IMG/VR virus record: IMGVR_UViG_3300038393_001132
Location: 1-48,722 of that record
DNA from: a virus
Lineage: Duplodnaviria; Caudoviricetes
DNA length: 48,722 nucleotides
Reading direction: 5' to 3' (one strand)
Shown here: positions 1-10,198 of the stretch, one piece after another
How the letters are laid out: every line of letters begins with the position of its first letter
Position numbering within the stretch: the first letter of the stretch is position 1
Program-made: the position numbers and the translations under genes
The notes under the pieces: model-generated
Told to the model about the DNA's origin: nothing
The model's input: the letters and a program-made list of their open reading frames with translations, nothing else
Database searches by the model: none

Positions 1-1
1 T

Positions 2-2371
2 AAGGGTAAAGTAGTCTGATGCTTGTCCTATAGTGTGGTAAGCGGTGGAATCAGTAGCCAAACTAATAAGATGTTTTACTCCTTTTGTCCAGTAATAATA
101 AGAGTTTGAAATTCTTGTAACTGAATCAACTTTTAGACCGCTTTGGTAAGGAGTTGTATAAAGTGTACTATCGTAAGTATGTATAAGGCTCATTGTGTCA
201 AGCCCTGTTATATACCCTGCTCCATTAGTTAACTCATTATTATTAGTCGGGATAGTGGGTTTATTCTTGATGTAGTCTAACTGTGCGTTGTCGGTTTGGT
301 TCCAGTCGCTTTGAATCTGTGCTGCGGGAATCGTGGGTTTTCCGGTGATCTCTGACCACGAAGGAACATAGGTAATTGGTTTGTATAAGAGGTCAGCTTG
401 TGATTTAGTAAACGCGTCTATCTTTCTTAGGTATGGACTAAGCATTGAAGCGGTATCGGTGTAGTTTACCTTTCCAGAGATCGTATTAACTAAAACTTTA
501 TCGCCCGCTGTCATTAATCCCGCCGTAGTGATGCTCGCAGACGGAAGCACTACCCCTGTACCGTTGGAGTTATTAATCGCTTGTGAGGTCGAAGTGACGG
601 TTCCGAGACTTAAATTCGTCACGGTAACGGGTTTGTCGGTGAGGTCATTATATGAGCCACTGAAAGCGTCCGAAATGTTCTCTTTTAATCCGAGAAGGGA
701 ATCTATCAGGTGACGGGTATAATAAAAGTCGTAGTAGTCAGTTGAATCGGGTACTACCGCGCCGTTTCTTCCGTTAAAGGAAATCACCCCACCCCCTGCG
801 GCGGAAACTATCTCACTTCTTAATTGGGCTGTGATGGAATCAGTTTGAGACCTTTGATACGCGTTAAATCCAGAGTAATAGTACACGCCTTTAATCACGT
901 AGAAGATCGAATCGTTCCTCATTTTAACGGAATCCACCTTATTAGAGTAGTCGATTTGAGGAGGTATCGGTGTGCCTCCTTCCAGAGAAACGTAATCAAG
1001 ATAATAAGTTCCAGTCGCTCCCTTTCCGGTCATAGTGATGGCTAATTTATCGAATGAAGTTCCAGACCACGTGAAAGCTGTCAGAGGAATAGAGACATTC
1101 TGATAAACATTATATAGGGTTGGATTGAACCCAAATCCATTCAAGGTAAGCAGATTAGAGACTGCCGTAGTTCCATTATAGAACTGGAATTGAAAATTAT
1201 AATTCGAGTTATTAAGGTAGATGAAAGCCCTCAATACTTGTCCGTTAACGGTTTGGGTGGTTCCACTAAAAGTCAGAGTTTGGTTCTTCGTATAAGACAC
1301 GAGAGCGTCCTTTGTTCCGTGATACGGGTTAGTCGTGTTGTTATAATTAGTAGTCGATGTTCCCCCTGTTGTCCATTCTACATTTTCGTCGTAGATTAGA
1401 ATAGAGGTCGCTGTGGGAGTGGTCTCGTTAGCAGTAAGTGAAATTCCCGTAGTTAGGGGAAGTTGTGAATTAGGGTCAACCTGTGGTGTGAGAGGTGTGG
1501 AAGCCGCTACTCCTGTGATCTTTAAAGCCCTCCCAAGAGTATCTACTGCGAACAGGTCTATTCTCGGATTAGTCGCGTCCGCTGCGTCAAGAGTAATCGT
1601 CGTGTCAGGAGAGTTATACACCACACCCCCAATAAGATAAGTGCACCCCGAAATATAATACGTCAGTCCGGTTCCAGACCACGTCACCACTCCACCAGAG
1701 ATGATGTGATTGGATTCATTATTACCTACTGTGTTAATTGAATCTATTTGTGTTTGAGTGTAATAGTTTTGAAGGGTTACAGTAAATATGGAATCAATCT
1801 GATTCTTATTATAATAACGTCCCCCTATATAGCCTCCTACGATTGCGTTCCCGTTAATATAATAGTAGAGCGTATCAAGATTTGCTCCGTTATGGATGAT
1901 GACTGAATCAACGAAAGACTTGATAAAGGAAGTTGGAGAAGTGTAAACTGTGTCACAGGCCCCGGATGCGTCACATACTCTTATTGTAGTGTCACTTGTA
2001 ATCGTGAAATTAGCAGGTTGTACACTGACTTTAAATGTGTCACATCCATTAAGATTGCATACAAGTATAGAGGAATCATTCAGTATAGAAACATTAGAAG
2101 ATCCCTGTTGGCTGATATTCCAGCGTGTGGTATCTTGGCTTCTTATATAAAGATGAAGCCCAACCGTTATTTGTGCTCCGGGATAATGGCTAATTTCTTC
2201 TAAATTAGCACTCGCTGTATCAGGATAAGACCAGTTAATGATCCGTCCTTTTAAAGCTCCCTTAGACTGTACAAGTGTCGAATCTGAACCAAGTGTTTGC
2301 TTAGAAGGATATTGAGCAAAAAGAAAAGAAGCGCACAATAAAAAAACACTTAATAAGAAAGCTCTCTTCAT
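2..2371 (-). CDS. Tail-fibre/spike-like protein with Sec signal peptide and CBM-like domain (3' end runs off window)
   Basis: Absent from ORF track; manually translated, open for 790 codons from ATG at 2371. N-terminus MKRAFLLSVFLLCASFLFA|QY. Phage fibre-type motifs: TITLDAADATNPRIDL, VISFNGRNGAV, SGSYNDLTDKP, AGLMTAGDK, WSEITGKPT, QSDWNQTD..DYIKNKP, LTNGAGYIT. Confidence 0.85.
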   Translation of the reverse strand, partial: MKRAFLLSVFLLCASFLFAQYPSKQTLGSDSTLVQSKGALKGRIINWSYPDTASANLEEISHYPGAQITVGLHLYIRSQDTTRWNISQQGSSNVSILNDSSILVCNLNGCDTFKVSVQPANFTITSDTTIRVCDASGACDTVYTSPTSFIKSFVDSVIIHNGANLDTLYYYINGNAIVGGYIGGRYYNKNQIDSIFTVTLQNYYTQTQIDSINTVGNNESNHIISGGVVTWSGTGLTYYISGCTYLIGGVVYNSPDTTITLDAADATNPRIDLFAVDTLGRALKITGVAASTPLTPQVDPNSQLPLTTGISLTANETTPTATSILIYDENVEWTTGGTSTTNYNNTTNPYHGTKDALVSYTKNQTLTFSGTTQTVNGQVLRAFIYLNNSNYNFQFQFYNGTTAVSNLLTLNGFGFNPTLYNVYQNVSIPLTAFTWSGTSFDKLAITMTGKGATGTYYLDYVSLEGGTPIPPQIDYSNKVDSVKMRNDSIFYVIKGVYYYSGFNAYQRSQTDSITAQLRSEIVSAAGGGVISFNGRNGAVVPDSTDYYDFYYTRHLIDSLLGLKENISDAFSGSYNDLTDKPVTVTNLSLGTVTSTSQAINNSNGTGVVLPSASITTAGLMTAGDKVLVNTISGKVNYTDTASMLSPYLRKIDAFTKSQADLLYKPITYVPSWSEITGKPTIPAAQIQSDWNQTDNAQLDYIKNKPTIPTNNNELTNGAGYITGLDTMSLIHTYDSTLYTTPYQSGLKVDSVTRISNSYYYWTKGVKHLISLATDSTAYHTIGQASDYFTL

Positions 2372-2383
2372 TTCAGTTGTTTT

Positions 2384-2407
2384 AAAAACATCCCCTTTCG
2401 GGGATGT
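2384..2407 (-). terminator. Intrinsic terminator
   Basis: Minus strand ACATCCCC-GAAA-GGGGATGT-TTTT, just upstream of the fibre gene ATG. Confidence 0.75.
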
Positions 2408-2436
2408 AACCCACTAACCAGGTAAGAATACCTGTC

Positions 2437-3327
2437 TTATGGCTTTTTCTTTAATAATTTTTCAAGTTTCCCTTGTATGGCCGGCCCATTTACGCTTGTC
2501 TTTAAGAACTGGAGTAATGCGGCGTTCTCGTCCACTCCTTCTCTTCTGTCGAGTAAAGCGATTGTTTCGCCGCTGGCATCCATCCACTTGTACTCGTGAG
2601 CACTAAATGAGATGATGCCGGCATCTTTGGCGAGTTTGATAACAGCTTTAATTTGGTTGTCGTCGCTCTCAATAGATTTATAGAAGGTTTCGGGATCTTT
2701 CTCTGCGATTTCTTCGAGTTTGTCTTTGAGGACATCCGGGTCAAGAGACGCACTAATATTGTAAGAGGCTGCTGCAAATCTCAATTCGTCCGGTGTCCAA
2801 TGGCGAATAGCGTCGAGACTATCGAATAAGAAATTACGTTTCTTACTTCTTACTTTAGATTCGGCAGCTTCGTTGACCCTCTCATATAAAGGTGGTTCTG
2901 ATCTATCCCTGAAAGGATTGGAGCCGTTACAGTTCTTCAGTTCAAGTACTTCGTACATCTCCAGGTCTTCGATTCTGTCACCGCTCAACATAAAGAACCC
3001 GCCGTCTCCCCTTTGAGGAGTAAGGATGTGTGTCTTAAATACCGGAAGTTGTGTTTTGTCGTCAAAGTGACTTACCGCACCGATCTCTACAATTCCGGCT
3101 TTCACGTCGCCTTTGCCGGGGTCTTTAATCCGGTCTCTAAGGTGAATTACCATGCTGGCGGGGAATAACATATCGTCGCCTTTCCTACGCTGTGGATCAA
3201 TATTTTTTGTACCGTTTAATAAACGGTATTTTACGGTTTCTCCGGGACGGAGAGGTCTTTCATCAAGATAATCCTGGATAGCTTTTGAAAACGTATTTAA
3301 GCTGCTTCCTGCGTACTGTTGTAACAT
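2437..3327 (-). CDS. Conserved capsid-module protein downstream of major capsid gene
   Basis: 296 aa; position immediately after the capsid gene, as in crAss-like capsid modules; function unknown. Confidence 0.6.
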   Translation of the reverse strand: MLQQYAGSSLNTFSKAIQDYLDERPLRPGETVKYRLLNGTKNIDPQRRKGDDMLFPASMVIHLRDRIKDPGKGDVKAGIVEIGAVSHFDDKTQLPVFKTHILTPQRGDGGFFMLSGDRIEDLEMYEVLELKNCNGSNPFRDRSEPPLYERVNEAAESKVRSKKRNFLFDSLDAIRHWTPDELRFAAASYNISASLDPDVLKDKLEEIAEKDPETFYKSIESDDNQIKAVIKLAKDAGIISFSAHEYKWMDASGETIALLDRREGVDENAALLQFLKTSVNGPAIQGKLEKLLKKKP

Positions 3328-3339
3328 ATTAATGGGTTT

Positions 3340-3363
3340 AAAAAAGGGCGGATTGCTCCGCCC
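3340..3363 (-). terminator. Intrinsic terminator after major capsid gene
   Basis: Minus strand GGGCGGA-GCAA-TCCGCCC-TTTTTT. Confidence 0.85.
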
Positions 3364-3369
3364 ATCGGG

Positions 3370-4704
3370 TTATGCTAATACTCTTTGTTTGAAAATGTGA
3401 CGGGTTCCAAGTGCTTCGAGACCCTGTGTTGTTGAGATGTGACAAGTCTTTACCTCTTTACCGCTGGTAGGAGCGTCATTATTGGCTCCTGTGTACCACT
3501 CACGCACATAAGCTGTACCGTGATTTTTGCTGGCATAAGGATTAGGCATATAACGAACACCTACCCTGCGCTCTACACCGCCTTGTCCGCCGGGGCCTAC
3601 CTGTACTTTTACTTTGTCTTTAGGAATACCGTAGATAGTTTTACCGATTGCAGAAGCGCCGGAAAAATTAAATTTCTGCGGGTGATCCAAAAGAGCGAGT
3701 TTGCCGTATTCGAGTGAGAATTTACCGTAAGTTACAGTGTCCACATTGTAGTCGATTTCCTTTCCGTCAAAGTTTAATTTGGCAGAAGTGATACCACTTG
3801 ATCCCATATTTTTCCACATGGTATCTGATTTACGTTTGGCACTGTCCGGGCAAAGCTGCAAGTAATTGGAAGGAGATTTAACTGCCAGTAATTGATCGAG
3901 TAAAGTGTCAACGTCGCTTAGTAAGTAAGTTCCGTTAGTTGCTACTGCACCTACTACACCGTAAGCGCCGATCTCACCGTCAAGACCGCCGGTAGTCTGT
4001 GTGCTGTTACCGTTAGCATCAGTTAAGGTCGGAGAAGCTGTACCGTACTCGTTGACAGATTTCACACCACCCACTAAAGTAGCGGAAATTTCAGTCTTAA
4101 AGGATTGAGCCTGGTTTACTGCCTGGCGGTAGGCTTCATAGCCTGTACCTACTTCGATCTTAGCCATTTCCTGAATGTCAGTGATTTCGGTTTTGTCTTT
4201 CATGTGCTCCACTAAGTTGAAGTACTTGGTAGCACCGTAAGTCATAGAGGTTACTTCGTCTGAACCCTCCCCGGTAGTGATACCCATAGAAACTACTTTA
4301 TCCCCTGCTACGGCAGTCAGGTTAGAGCCGTCCACTGATTTAATAGTGAAACTGTCCTTACCGGAAGCAGTAGTGATCGCAGAGCTGATTTTACCTACTT
4401 TACCGTTGGAGAATTTCAGTTTCATGTCCTGGCGGGCATAACCTGTTGTAGTGATGGTCACTGTTAGGGTTGCGGTTCCTGATCCGGTTACACCTGATGT
4501 GTCGAAAACCAGAATCTGGAATAAGTCTTCATCAACAAAGTGATGATAATTGGGTTGTTCGGTGGGTTTGTACCCTTCGATGATCTGCATGAGATCGTCA
4601 AAGCCGGTCTCATTGGCAACATCAATGATGTTTTTGTTTATCTCGCGGGTGTCCAAAAAGGCAATCCCTGTGACAAACTGTTTGGTTGTTGTTCCTGTTT
4701 GCAT
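3370..4704 (-). CDS. Major capsid protein
   Basis: 444 aa, G/T-rich; order portal-scaffold-this gene; followed by a strong terminator. Confidence 0.8.
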   Translation of the reverse strand: MQTGTTTKQFVTGIAFLDTREINKNIIDVANETGFDDLMQIIEGYKPTEQPNYHHFVDEDLFQILVFDTSGVTGSGTATLTVTITTTGYARQDMKLKFSNGKVGKISSAITTASGKDSFTIKSVDGSNLTAVAGDKVVSMGITTGEGSDEVTSMTYGATKYFNLVEHMKDKTEITDIQEMAKIEVGTGYEAYRQAVNQAQSFKTEISATLVGGVKSVNEYGTASPTLTDANGNSTQTTGGLDGEIGAYGVVGAVATNGTYLLSDVDTLLDQLLAVKSPSNYLQLCPDSAKRKSDTMWKNMGSSGITSAKLNFDGKEIDYNVDTVTYGKFSLEYGKLALLDHPQKFNFSGASAIGKTIYGIPKDKVKVQVGPGGQGGVERRVGVRYMPNPYASKNHGTAYVREWYTGANNDAPTSGKEVKTCHISTTQGLEALGTRHIFKQRVLA

Positions 4705-4734
4705 TATAAAAAAATTAGTTAATTAAAAATTGAA

Positions 4735-5772
4735 TTACCGTGTTTTGTAGCTGTAATCTTTTGTTACGGGTGCAGGTGTTATGGGGTCTCCACCCTCAAT
4801 CGGTGTGATGTTCCCAAGCTCCTTCTGTAACTTACTTTTGGCTACTGCTGAAAGGTGATTTGAGTACGCCTCCATAAACCCCTTTGGATCGGCTCCAAAG
4901 GCAAGTGTCTGGTAGAACACATTCATATCCACCCCGGTAAGGTCTGTTCTCCCTGAATTAAGGATCGTGTTTAAAGCGGAATCTACGAGCGCCTGTGTGT
5001 CTGTCGGGTAGTTAAAACTTGCTTCGCCCTCCCCAAAAACAACACTTTTGGACGTTTGTAAACTTTTGGTAGCTTCGTTATTCATAACGAGTTCACCCAG
5101 CGCAGCTCTCTGCTGTTGCAATTCAGCATCCCTTTTCGTTGCATCGAGATCGGGTTGAGGCTCCGGTGCTTTAAATTTGTTCTGTTCTTCAATGAACGCC
5201 TTACGTTTATTCTCACCATCTAAACGGAGTTGTTCCTGTCCGTAAATAGCCTCGTCGCTATCTTCGGGGTAGTCCTCGCGGTTTAGATAATATTTTTCAT
5301 TTAGTTCTTTGTTGATCTTAAAGTTCAGTGCCCTCTCATTCATTTCCGGGTTCTGCCTTTTAATGTCGAGTTTAAGCAGTTGCTCCGGTGTCATCTTCGT
5401 GTAATCCACCGTCTTTACTTCGAGATACGGAGTGTAATCGCCGGTCTGCTCCTTATATTTGAGCATCCCTATGGTAAAGTCGTCGTACCCCAGTTCTTTT
5501 AGAGCCTCGTACTTATCGGCTGTCTTTAGGGCTGCTTTCCAGTCCACCGCTGTAACTTCTGCCGGTTTTTCTTCTGGCTTCGCTTCTGGTGTTTGTTCAG
5601 GCTTCGGATCCTGCTTCGCTTCCGGTTTAGGTTCCTGTTCTTGAAGTGCCGGCTCCTCCGGTTTCTGTTCTGGTTGTTCTGGCTTTGGTTGCTCTGGAAC
5701 TTCTACCGGAGAATTGGCATCTTCCATATATCCGTAATTTCTTACTGGGGCTTCTACTGTTTCTTCTGCCAT
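4735..5772 (-). CDS. Capsid scaffolding protein
   Basis: 345 aa, acidic, PEQ/KPE low-complexity N-terminus, helical; between portal and capsid genes. Confidence 0.7.
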   Translation of the reverse strand: MAEETVEAPVRNYGYMEDANSPVEVPEQPKPEQPEQKPEEPALQEQEPKPEAKQDPKPEQTPEAKPEEKPAEVTAVDWKAALKTADKYEALKELGYDDFTIGMLKYKEQTGDYTPYLEVKTVDYTKMTPEQLLKLDIKRQNPEMNERALNFKINKELNEKYYLNREDYPEDSDEAIYGQEQLRLDGENKRKAFIEEQNKFKAPEPQPDLDATKRDAELQQQRAALGELVMNNEATKSLQTSKSVVFGEGEASFNYPTDTQALVDSALNTILNSGRTDLTGVDMNVFYQTLAFGADPKGFMEAYSNHLSAVAKSKLQKELGNITPIEGGDPITPAPVTKDYSYKTR

Positions 5773-5775
5773 AAA

Positions 5776-5832
5776 TTATTTTGTTGGTGATTCGTCATCT
5801 GGACGTACATCCTCGTCTGTGTCTTTGTCCAT
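5776..5832 (-). CDS. 18-aa acidic mini-ORF (MDKDTDEDVRPDDESPTK)
   Basis: ATG 4 nt after the promoter TTTG; TAA 3 nt before, and in frame with, the scaffold ATG. Confidence 0.45.
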   Translation of the reverse strand: MDKDTDEDVRPDDESPTK

Positions 5833-5836
5833 AAAA

Positions 5837-5884
5837 CAAAATTCTAATTAATTTAGTATTACTTGCTAATATTTATAGTTATAC
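5837..5884 (-). promoter_or_regulatory. Putative late promoter (box + TTTG), scaffold/capsid operon
   Basis: GTATAACTATAAA...GAATTTTG spanning 48 bp; one of five copies; an inverted half copy lies at 5891-5901. Confidence 0.65.
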
Positions 5885-5902
5885 AGGCTTCTATAACTAA
5901 AT

Positions 5903-8191
5903 TTATTGCGGTAATTGGGCTGGTTGCTGTACTTCTGGTTGCTGTGTGGCTTCGTTTTGTTGTGGTACTTGTGGTATCGGCACTCCCGAAGTCAATATAT
6001 CCGTAATAGCTTGTTTATCTACTGCCGCATCTGCCTGACTTACTTTTAACTTCGCTATCATATAGTTCCATGCTTGCATATTATCGTCAATCTCCATTTG
6101 GCGTTTAGCTTGCTTATCGGCCATTTGATCTTTAAGTTGTTCGGCTGCTATGTTACTCTGGATTTGGGATTGTGCAGTAGCTTGGGTATTCTGTAAAGCC
6201 TGTTGCTGTTGTTGTTGTTTGCCTTTTTCTACCTTGTAACTTAATAGGATAGCCGCGTCTTTTAAGTTGTTCGAGTAAATAATCTGAACAACGTCTGCGT
6301 GGCTTATATAACCGTTCTTGATGTCATCGGTCATTAACTGGTAGATGATTTGTTTTTGTTCATCTGAAGGGCGGTCTTCGATCATAATATCGTAGTCGAA
6401 ATCATTAATAGAATCCGGTACGGTGATCCATCTGCCCGCAGCCTTATTATAGCCGTCATAATTTCCACGTTTTTTGGCTACCTGAAGTCTCTGTACGGTG
6501 GCTTTGGCTACACTTTCTATCAGGTTTCTTCGGGCGTTGATATAAGGATAAAGAGCGTTATTAGTGCTCTCATTGGCAAGGTTAGCAATAGTAGTAAGTG
6601 TCTTCGGATTAGGAGTGCTGCCGTCTGTCAACTCGTTTAGTCCGCTTATATCACGAAGGGCTTGTTTGGATGCCTGAATATCGTTAGCAAGGGCTACAAG
6701 ATCATCAGCCATACTATTGGAGATTTCCTGTATAGCTCTGTAATTAGCCTGGCTGTCGAATCCTGTTCCGCTTCTCCTGCTTACTAAGACCCCTGTTTCA
6801 AAAAACATATCCACTACTTCTTTGGGAGTGAGAACTTTTCCTCCTTTACCCATTGCTACGTTTTCGAGTGCGTTCAGGTCTATATCAAATCCTTTGGGAA
6901 CCATTCTATTTTTGAACATTCTTCCCTTAAAAGTGGAAGTGTTGATGTCGTCTATGATCGATTTCATGGCTCCTACCAGTCCTGAACACCTCATATTAGC
7001 GAAGTTGGAGGCTATCACACTTACAGGGAGTTTCGTTTTACCCATTGTAGCCACGTTTACACTGCGGGGCATATTAGGCATCTTACCAAAATTATAAATT
7101 AGGTCAGTTCCCACTACCCATTTACACTCGTAAATATTCTGGATGGTCTTTCCTACAAATTGGGTATCTCCCTTTATCTTATCGGGAGTAGAGGGTTTGG
7201 CCTTACTTACCCTTAGATTGCCGTTTTTATCCTTGTTGGTTTCAGTTACTCTCTTATCCCACGAGATGAAACGAAGATGCATCACGTCGGCCTTAAAGAT
7301 GTCGTACCCGTTATTTTCGTAGGTGTTCACTCCTAAATTAGTGGGATTACCGTTGGTTCCCTGTACCTGGTGAAGTAATTTAGTGATCTCATCCGGTTCA
7401 AAGTATTTACTTAGATCGCTTAACGTCGTACTCCTTACTCTGAAGTACCACGTAATATCACTAAAATCCGGTTGATTGGTCTTTGAACAAGCGAACTGAT
7501 TAAGGGGTACTCTTTCAAGAACCACTTTATTGTTTTCATCGAGATTATTCTCTACAATGGCTGCTCCGTGATTAATCAAGTCATCAGCTACCTGATCGAG
7601 AATTTTATCCATTTCATTCTCATAGAAGACAAGTTGAATCGCTTCCTCGGTGTCCTTAGCCCTGACGAACTTGGGATTGAAGTCTATTTCCATCTGAAGT
7701 TCTTCGAGGTCGTCCGCTTCGCCGGGCATCTTTTTAAGTAAGGGGTGATCGGAGAGTTCCGGTGCTGACTGCTGCGCAGCCTGTCGCATCATTATCTTTA
7801 CTTTTTGTTTGCGGTACTCTGCGTCTTGTGCATCTTTGGCTGTCGGGTTGATCGGAGTGCACAAAATGTTATAGAGGGCTTTTTTTAATTTAGATTTGGC
7901 GATATTTAAGAGAACCACTCCGTCCTGTCTTCCTTCCCAGCTAATCTTAGTAAAGGATTCATCATTCTCATCTTCGGGGAGTAATTCTTTTTTGTGCTTG
8001 TCGATACTTTGGCGACCCATCGAGTAGGCTAACTCTTCTTCGTATTCTGCGGTCTTAGCCATAAAAATACTCCCTACTGGCATACCTATTTGCCAGCTTT
8101 GCCACGCTGCTTTTGCGAACTGCAAATGGAAAGGTTTCAGTAGTTTCAGTCTTGGGTCTTGGTTATGATCGGGGAAAGCTAAAGGTGTCAT
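5903..8191 (-). CDS. Portal protein
   Basis: 762 aa directly after terminase; DISGLNELTDG motif and Q-rich coiled-coil C-terminus typical of podoviral portals. Confidence 0.85.
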   Translation of the reverse strand: MTPLAFPDHNQDPRLKLLKPFHLQFAKAAWQSWQIGMPVGSIFMAKTAEYEEELAYSMGRQSIDKHKKELLPEDENDESFTKISWEGRQDGVVLLNIAKSKLKKALYNILCTPINPTAKDAQDAEYRKQKVKIMMRQAAQQSAPELSDHPLLKKMPGEADDLEELQMEIDFNPKFVRAKDTEEAIQLVFYENEMDKILDQVADDLINHGAAIVENNLDENNKVVLERVPLNQFACSKTNQPDFSDITWYFRVRSTTLSDLSKYFEPDEITKLLHQVQGTNGNPTNLGVNTYENNGYDIFKADVMHLRFISWDKRVTETNKDKNGNLRVSKAKPSTPDKIKGDTQFVGKTIQNIYECKWVVGTDLIYNFGKMPNMPRSVNVATMGKTKLPVSVIASNFANMRCSGLVGAMKSIIDDINTSTFKGRMFKNRMVPKGFDIDLNALENVAMGKGGKVLTPKEVVDMFFETGVLVSRRSGTGFDSQANYRAIQEISNSMADDLVALANDIQASKQALRDISGLNELTDGSTPNPKTLTTIANLANESTNNALYPYINARRNLIESVAKATVQRLQVAKKRGNYDGYNKAAGRWITVPDSINDFDYDIMIEDRPSDEQKQIIYQLMTDDIKNGYISHADVVQIIYSNNLKDAAILLSYKVEKGKQQQQQQALQNTQATAQSQIQSNIAAEQLKDQMADKQAKRQMEIDDNMQAWNYMIAKLKVSQADAAVDKQAITDILTSGVPIPQVPQQNEATQQPEVQQPAQLPQ

Positions 8192-10185
8192 GCTATTTTG
8201 GTTTTTTTGAATCCGTAATCAGATAGTTTTCGTATTTGAGGTTCTTTTTTCATCTGCCATATCTTGTTGTCAGCTATTAAGGCGTAACCTGCTGCCATTG
8301 CAGTATCAAAGGCGGTGGTATTATTAATGTCAAAATGCAACCAATCTGTTAGTATTGGTTTGAAAAAGACTTTTTTACTGTTTTGCAAGATGTGTTCTTC
8401 GGTAACTTCTGCAAGCAGTTCGTGTGTCTTTGGGTTGGCTGGTATTCCATAATCAGGATACGCTTTTAGTTTCATTAAAAATCCTTCATACCCCCGACCA
8501 ACAAAGTAGTCTCTCCAACTATTTTTATTACTCTCAAATAAAATCTGGCAACCGTAAAATACAGCGGTTTTAAGCATATCTTCATATTGGATCGTTGTAG
8601 ATTCTGCACGGTACTTATAAAGACAAACAAACGAATCATTGTAGGGGTTGTCTGTATTAACATCAAACTTTAATTTAACCACTAAAGCCCCATCAGAGCG
8701 TCTTGAATCTTTTACTATATTATGGCTAAATGTGTCACCACCTGCGACAATCTTCGCAGTATTAAGCGGCTTAAGCATATTACCAACCTTCGCTACATTA
8801 TTTGTTTCGTCCGGCATCCAACAGATTTCCCACCGTCCCTGGCTGTGCTTTTTCCAAATTACTTTACTATCCCTAACCCCATTTTCCCAAACAAGATCCC
8901 CCCTTTCTGTGGTATTTTCCATCCAGTTTAAAGCGTCTAACTGGTCGTTTAGAAGTTCTGAATTATACAAACATTTATCTCCGTCAATACGGAACATCTC
9001 ATGCTCTGTAAATGGGTTTTTTCGGATTATTGAGGATAAGGCTCTTGGATCATTCTTTAGTCCTTCCCGTTGGTTTAAATAATAAACTTTCGCCTCCTCA
9101 ATTCTTGGTTTGCCAAACTTATCAAATAGGGTCGTCTCGAATGCGGGCATAAACAATCGGTATAAACCAGACTGTGTTCTGCCATTCTTATCTTTGATAT
9201 TTGGGTCGGAAGCGTCCCACAATCTTTTAAAGGCTGCTCCTCCATTCTCCATTTCTTCCACTGTCGTACTAAGCCATCCTTTACCCACCCATTCGCCGTC
9301 TTGGTCTAAGCAAAACCTGTTCACCTGCCACCTTTCATAAACGTCCACTTCCTGGGTTTTCCCCACTTCGTCCTCGCCATGCCTCATTTCTTTTCTTCCA
9401 TCCATAGCAAATAGTTCTGAACTTTTCCAGTCAATAAAGCTGTCAAGTTCGGGTTTGTCAAGGTCGTCCAATGCTCCCTTACCTTTCTTTGTTGTTTTAG
9501 TGAATCTTAATGTGGTTGTTGGAGTTACACCGCTTGCTGTATCAAACACAGGTCTGAAAAATGAAGGAAGTTTTTTAAAAGGGTTAACAACGGCCTTTTG
9601 AAACACGGCTTTAGCGTCCGGCCCTGTTTTACTCTGAATACCTGCATTAGCGTTTTTGGTTCTTGAAATGTATTCAAGAAGCATTGTGCCTAACTTATAT
9701 GTCTTTCCGGCACGTCTCCTGTCAACACTTAATAGTCCGCCACAACAAGGGTCTTCTTCACAGTATCTCCAAACATAAAATGATTTTCTGTCGTTATCCC
9801 TGTAGTGTGGAAATCCTATATCTATCTGAATCCAGTTAAGGTAAAACCAGTGTAGCCCTGTCAGGTAAGTTTCAACACCGTCTATCATAATCCAGTATCC
9901 ACATAACCTGTATTTCCAGTGCTCTTCTCTTATTTTTTCTAAATATTCATCAACATATTCTTCGTCTATTTTTTGGTTTTGAAGCTCTTTTTTTTCTCTT
10001 TTTTCATAATCTTTCGGGAGTCCGGTTCTAAACCAGATTTGCTCATTCCTTTTAGTAGAGCATTGATGAACGCCGATATGCTCTAATTCACCGGTTATAC
10101 AGTTCTTCCCCCAGCCTACTGGCGGAAGCTGACAATCATATCCATAAATAGATTCTACGCTGCCTTTAGGTATCGGATGAAACAT
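8188..10185 (-). CDS. terL: Terminase large subunit
   Basis: Walker A-like RRRAGKT, Walker B-like DEVGK, STTVEE coupling motif, RNase H-like GGDTF and DTAMA motifs. Confidence 0.92.
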   Translation of the reverse strand: MFHPIPKGSVESIYGYDCQLPPVGWGKNCITGELEHIGVHQCSTKRNEQIWFRTGLPKDYEKREKKELQNQKIDEEYVDEYLEKIREEHWKYRLCGYWIMIDGVETYLTGLHWFYLNWIQIDIGFPHYRDNDRKSFYVWRYCEEDPCCGGLLSVDRRRAGKTYKLGTMLLEYISRTKNANAGIQSKTGPDAKAVFQKAVVNPFKKLPSFFRPVFDTASGVTPTTTLRFTKTTKKGKGALDDLDKPELDSFIDWKSSELFAMDGRKEMRHGEDEVGKTQEVDVYERWQVNRFCLDQDGEWVGKGWLSTTVEEMENGGAAFKRLWDASDPNIKDKNGRTQSGLYRLFMPAFETTLFDKFGKPRIEEAKVYYLNQREGLKNDPRALSSIIRKNPFTEHEMFRIDGDKCLYNSELLNDQLDALNWMENTTERGDLVWENGVRDSKVIWKKHSQGRWEICWMPDETNNVAKVGNMLKPLNTAKIVAGGDTFSHNIVKDSRRSDGALVVKLKFDVNTDNPYNDSFVCLYKYRAESTTIQYEDMLKTAVFYGCQILFESNKNSWRDYFVGRGYEGFLMKLKAYPDYGIPANPKTHELLAEVTEEHILQNSKKVFFKPILTDWLHFDINNTTAFDTAMAAGYALIADNKIWQMKKEPQIRKLSDYGFKKTKIA

Positions 10186-10198
10186 TTTTTAGTATTTA

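Noticed and set aside
528-2203. Six short plus-strand ORFs in the track
   Set aside because: Antisense shadows of the long minus-strand ORF 2-2371.
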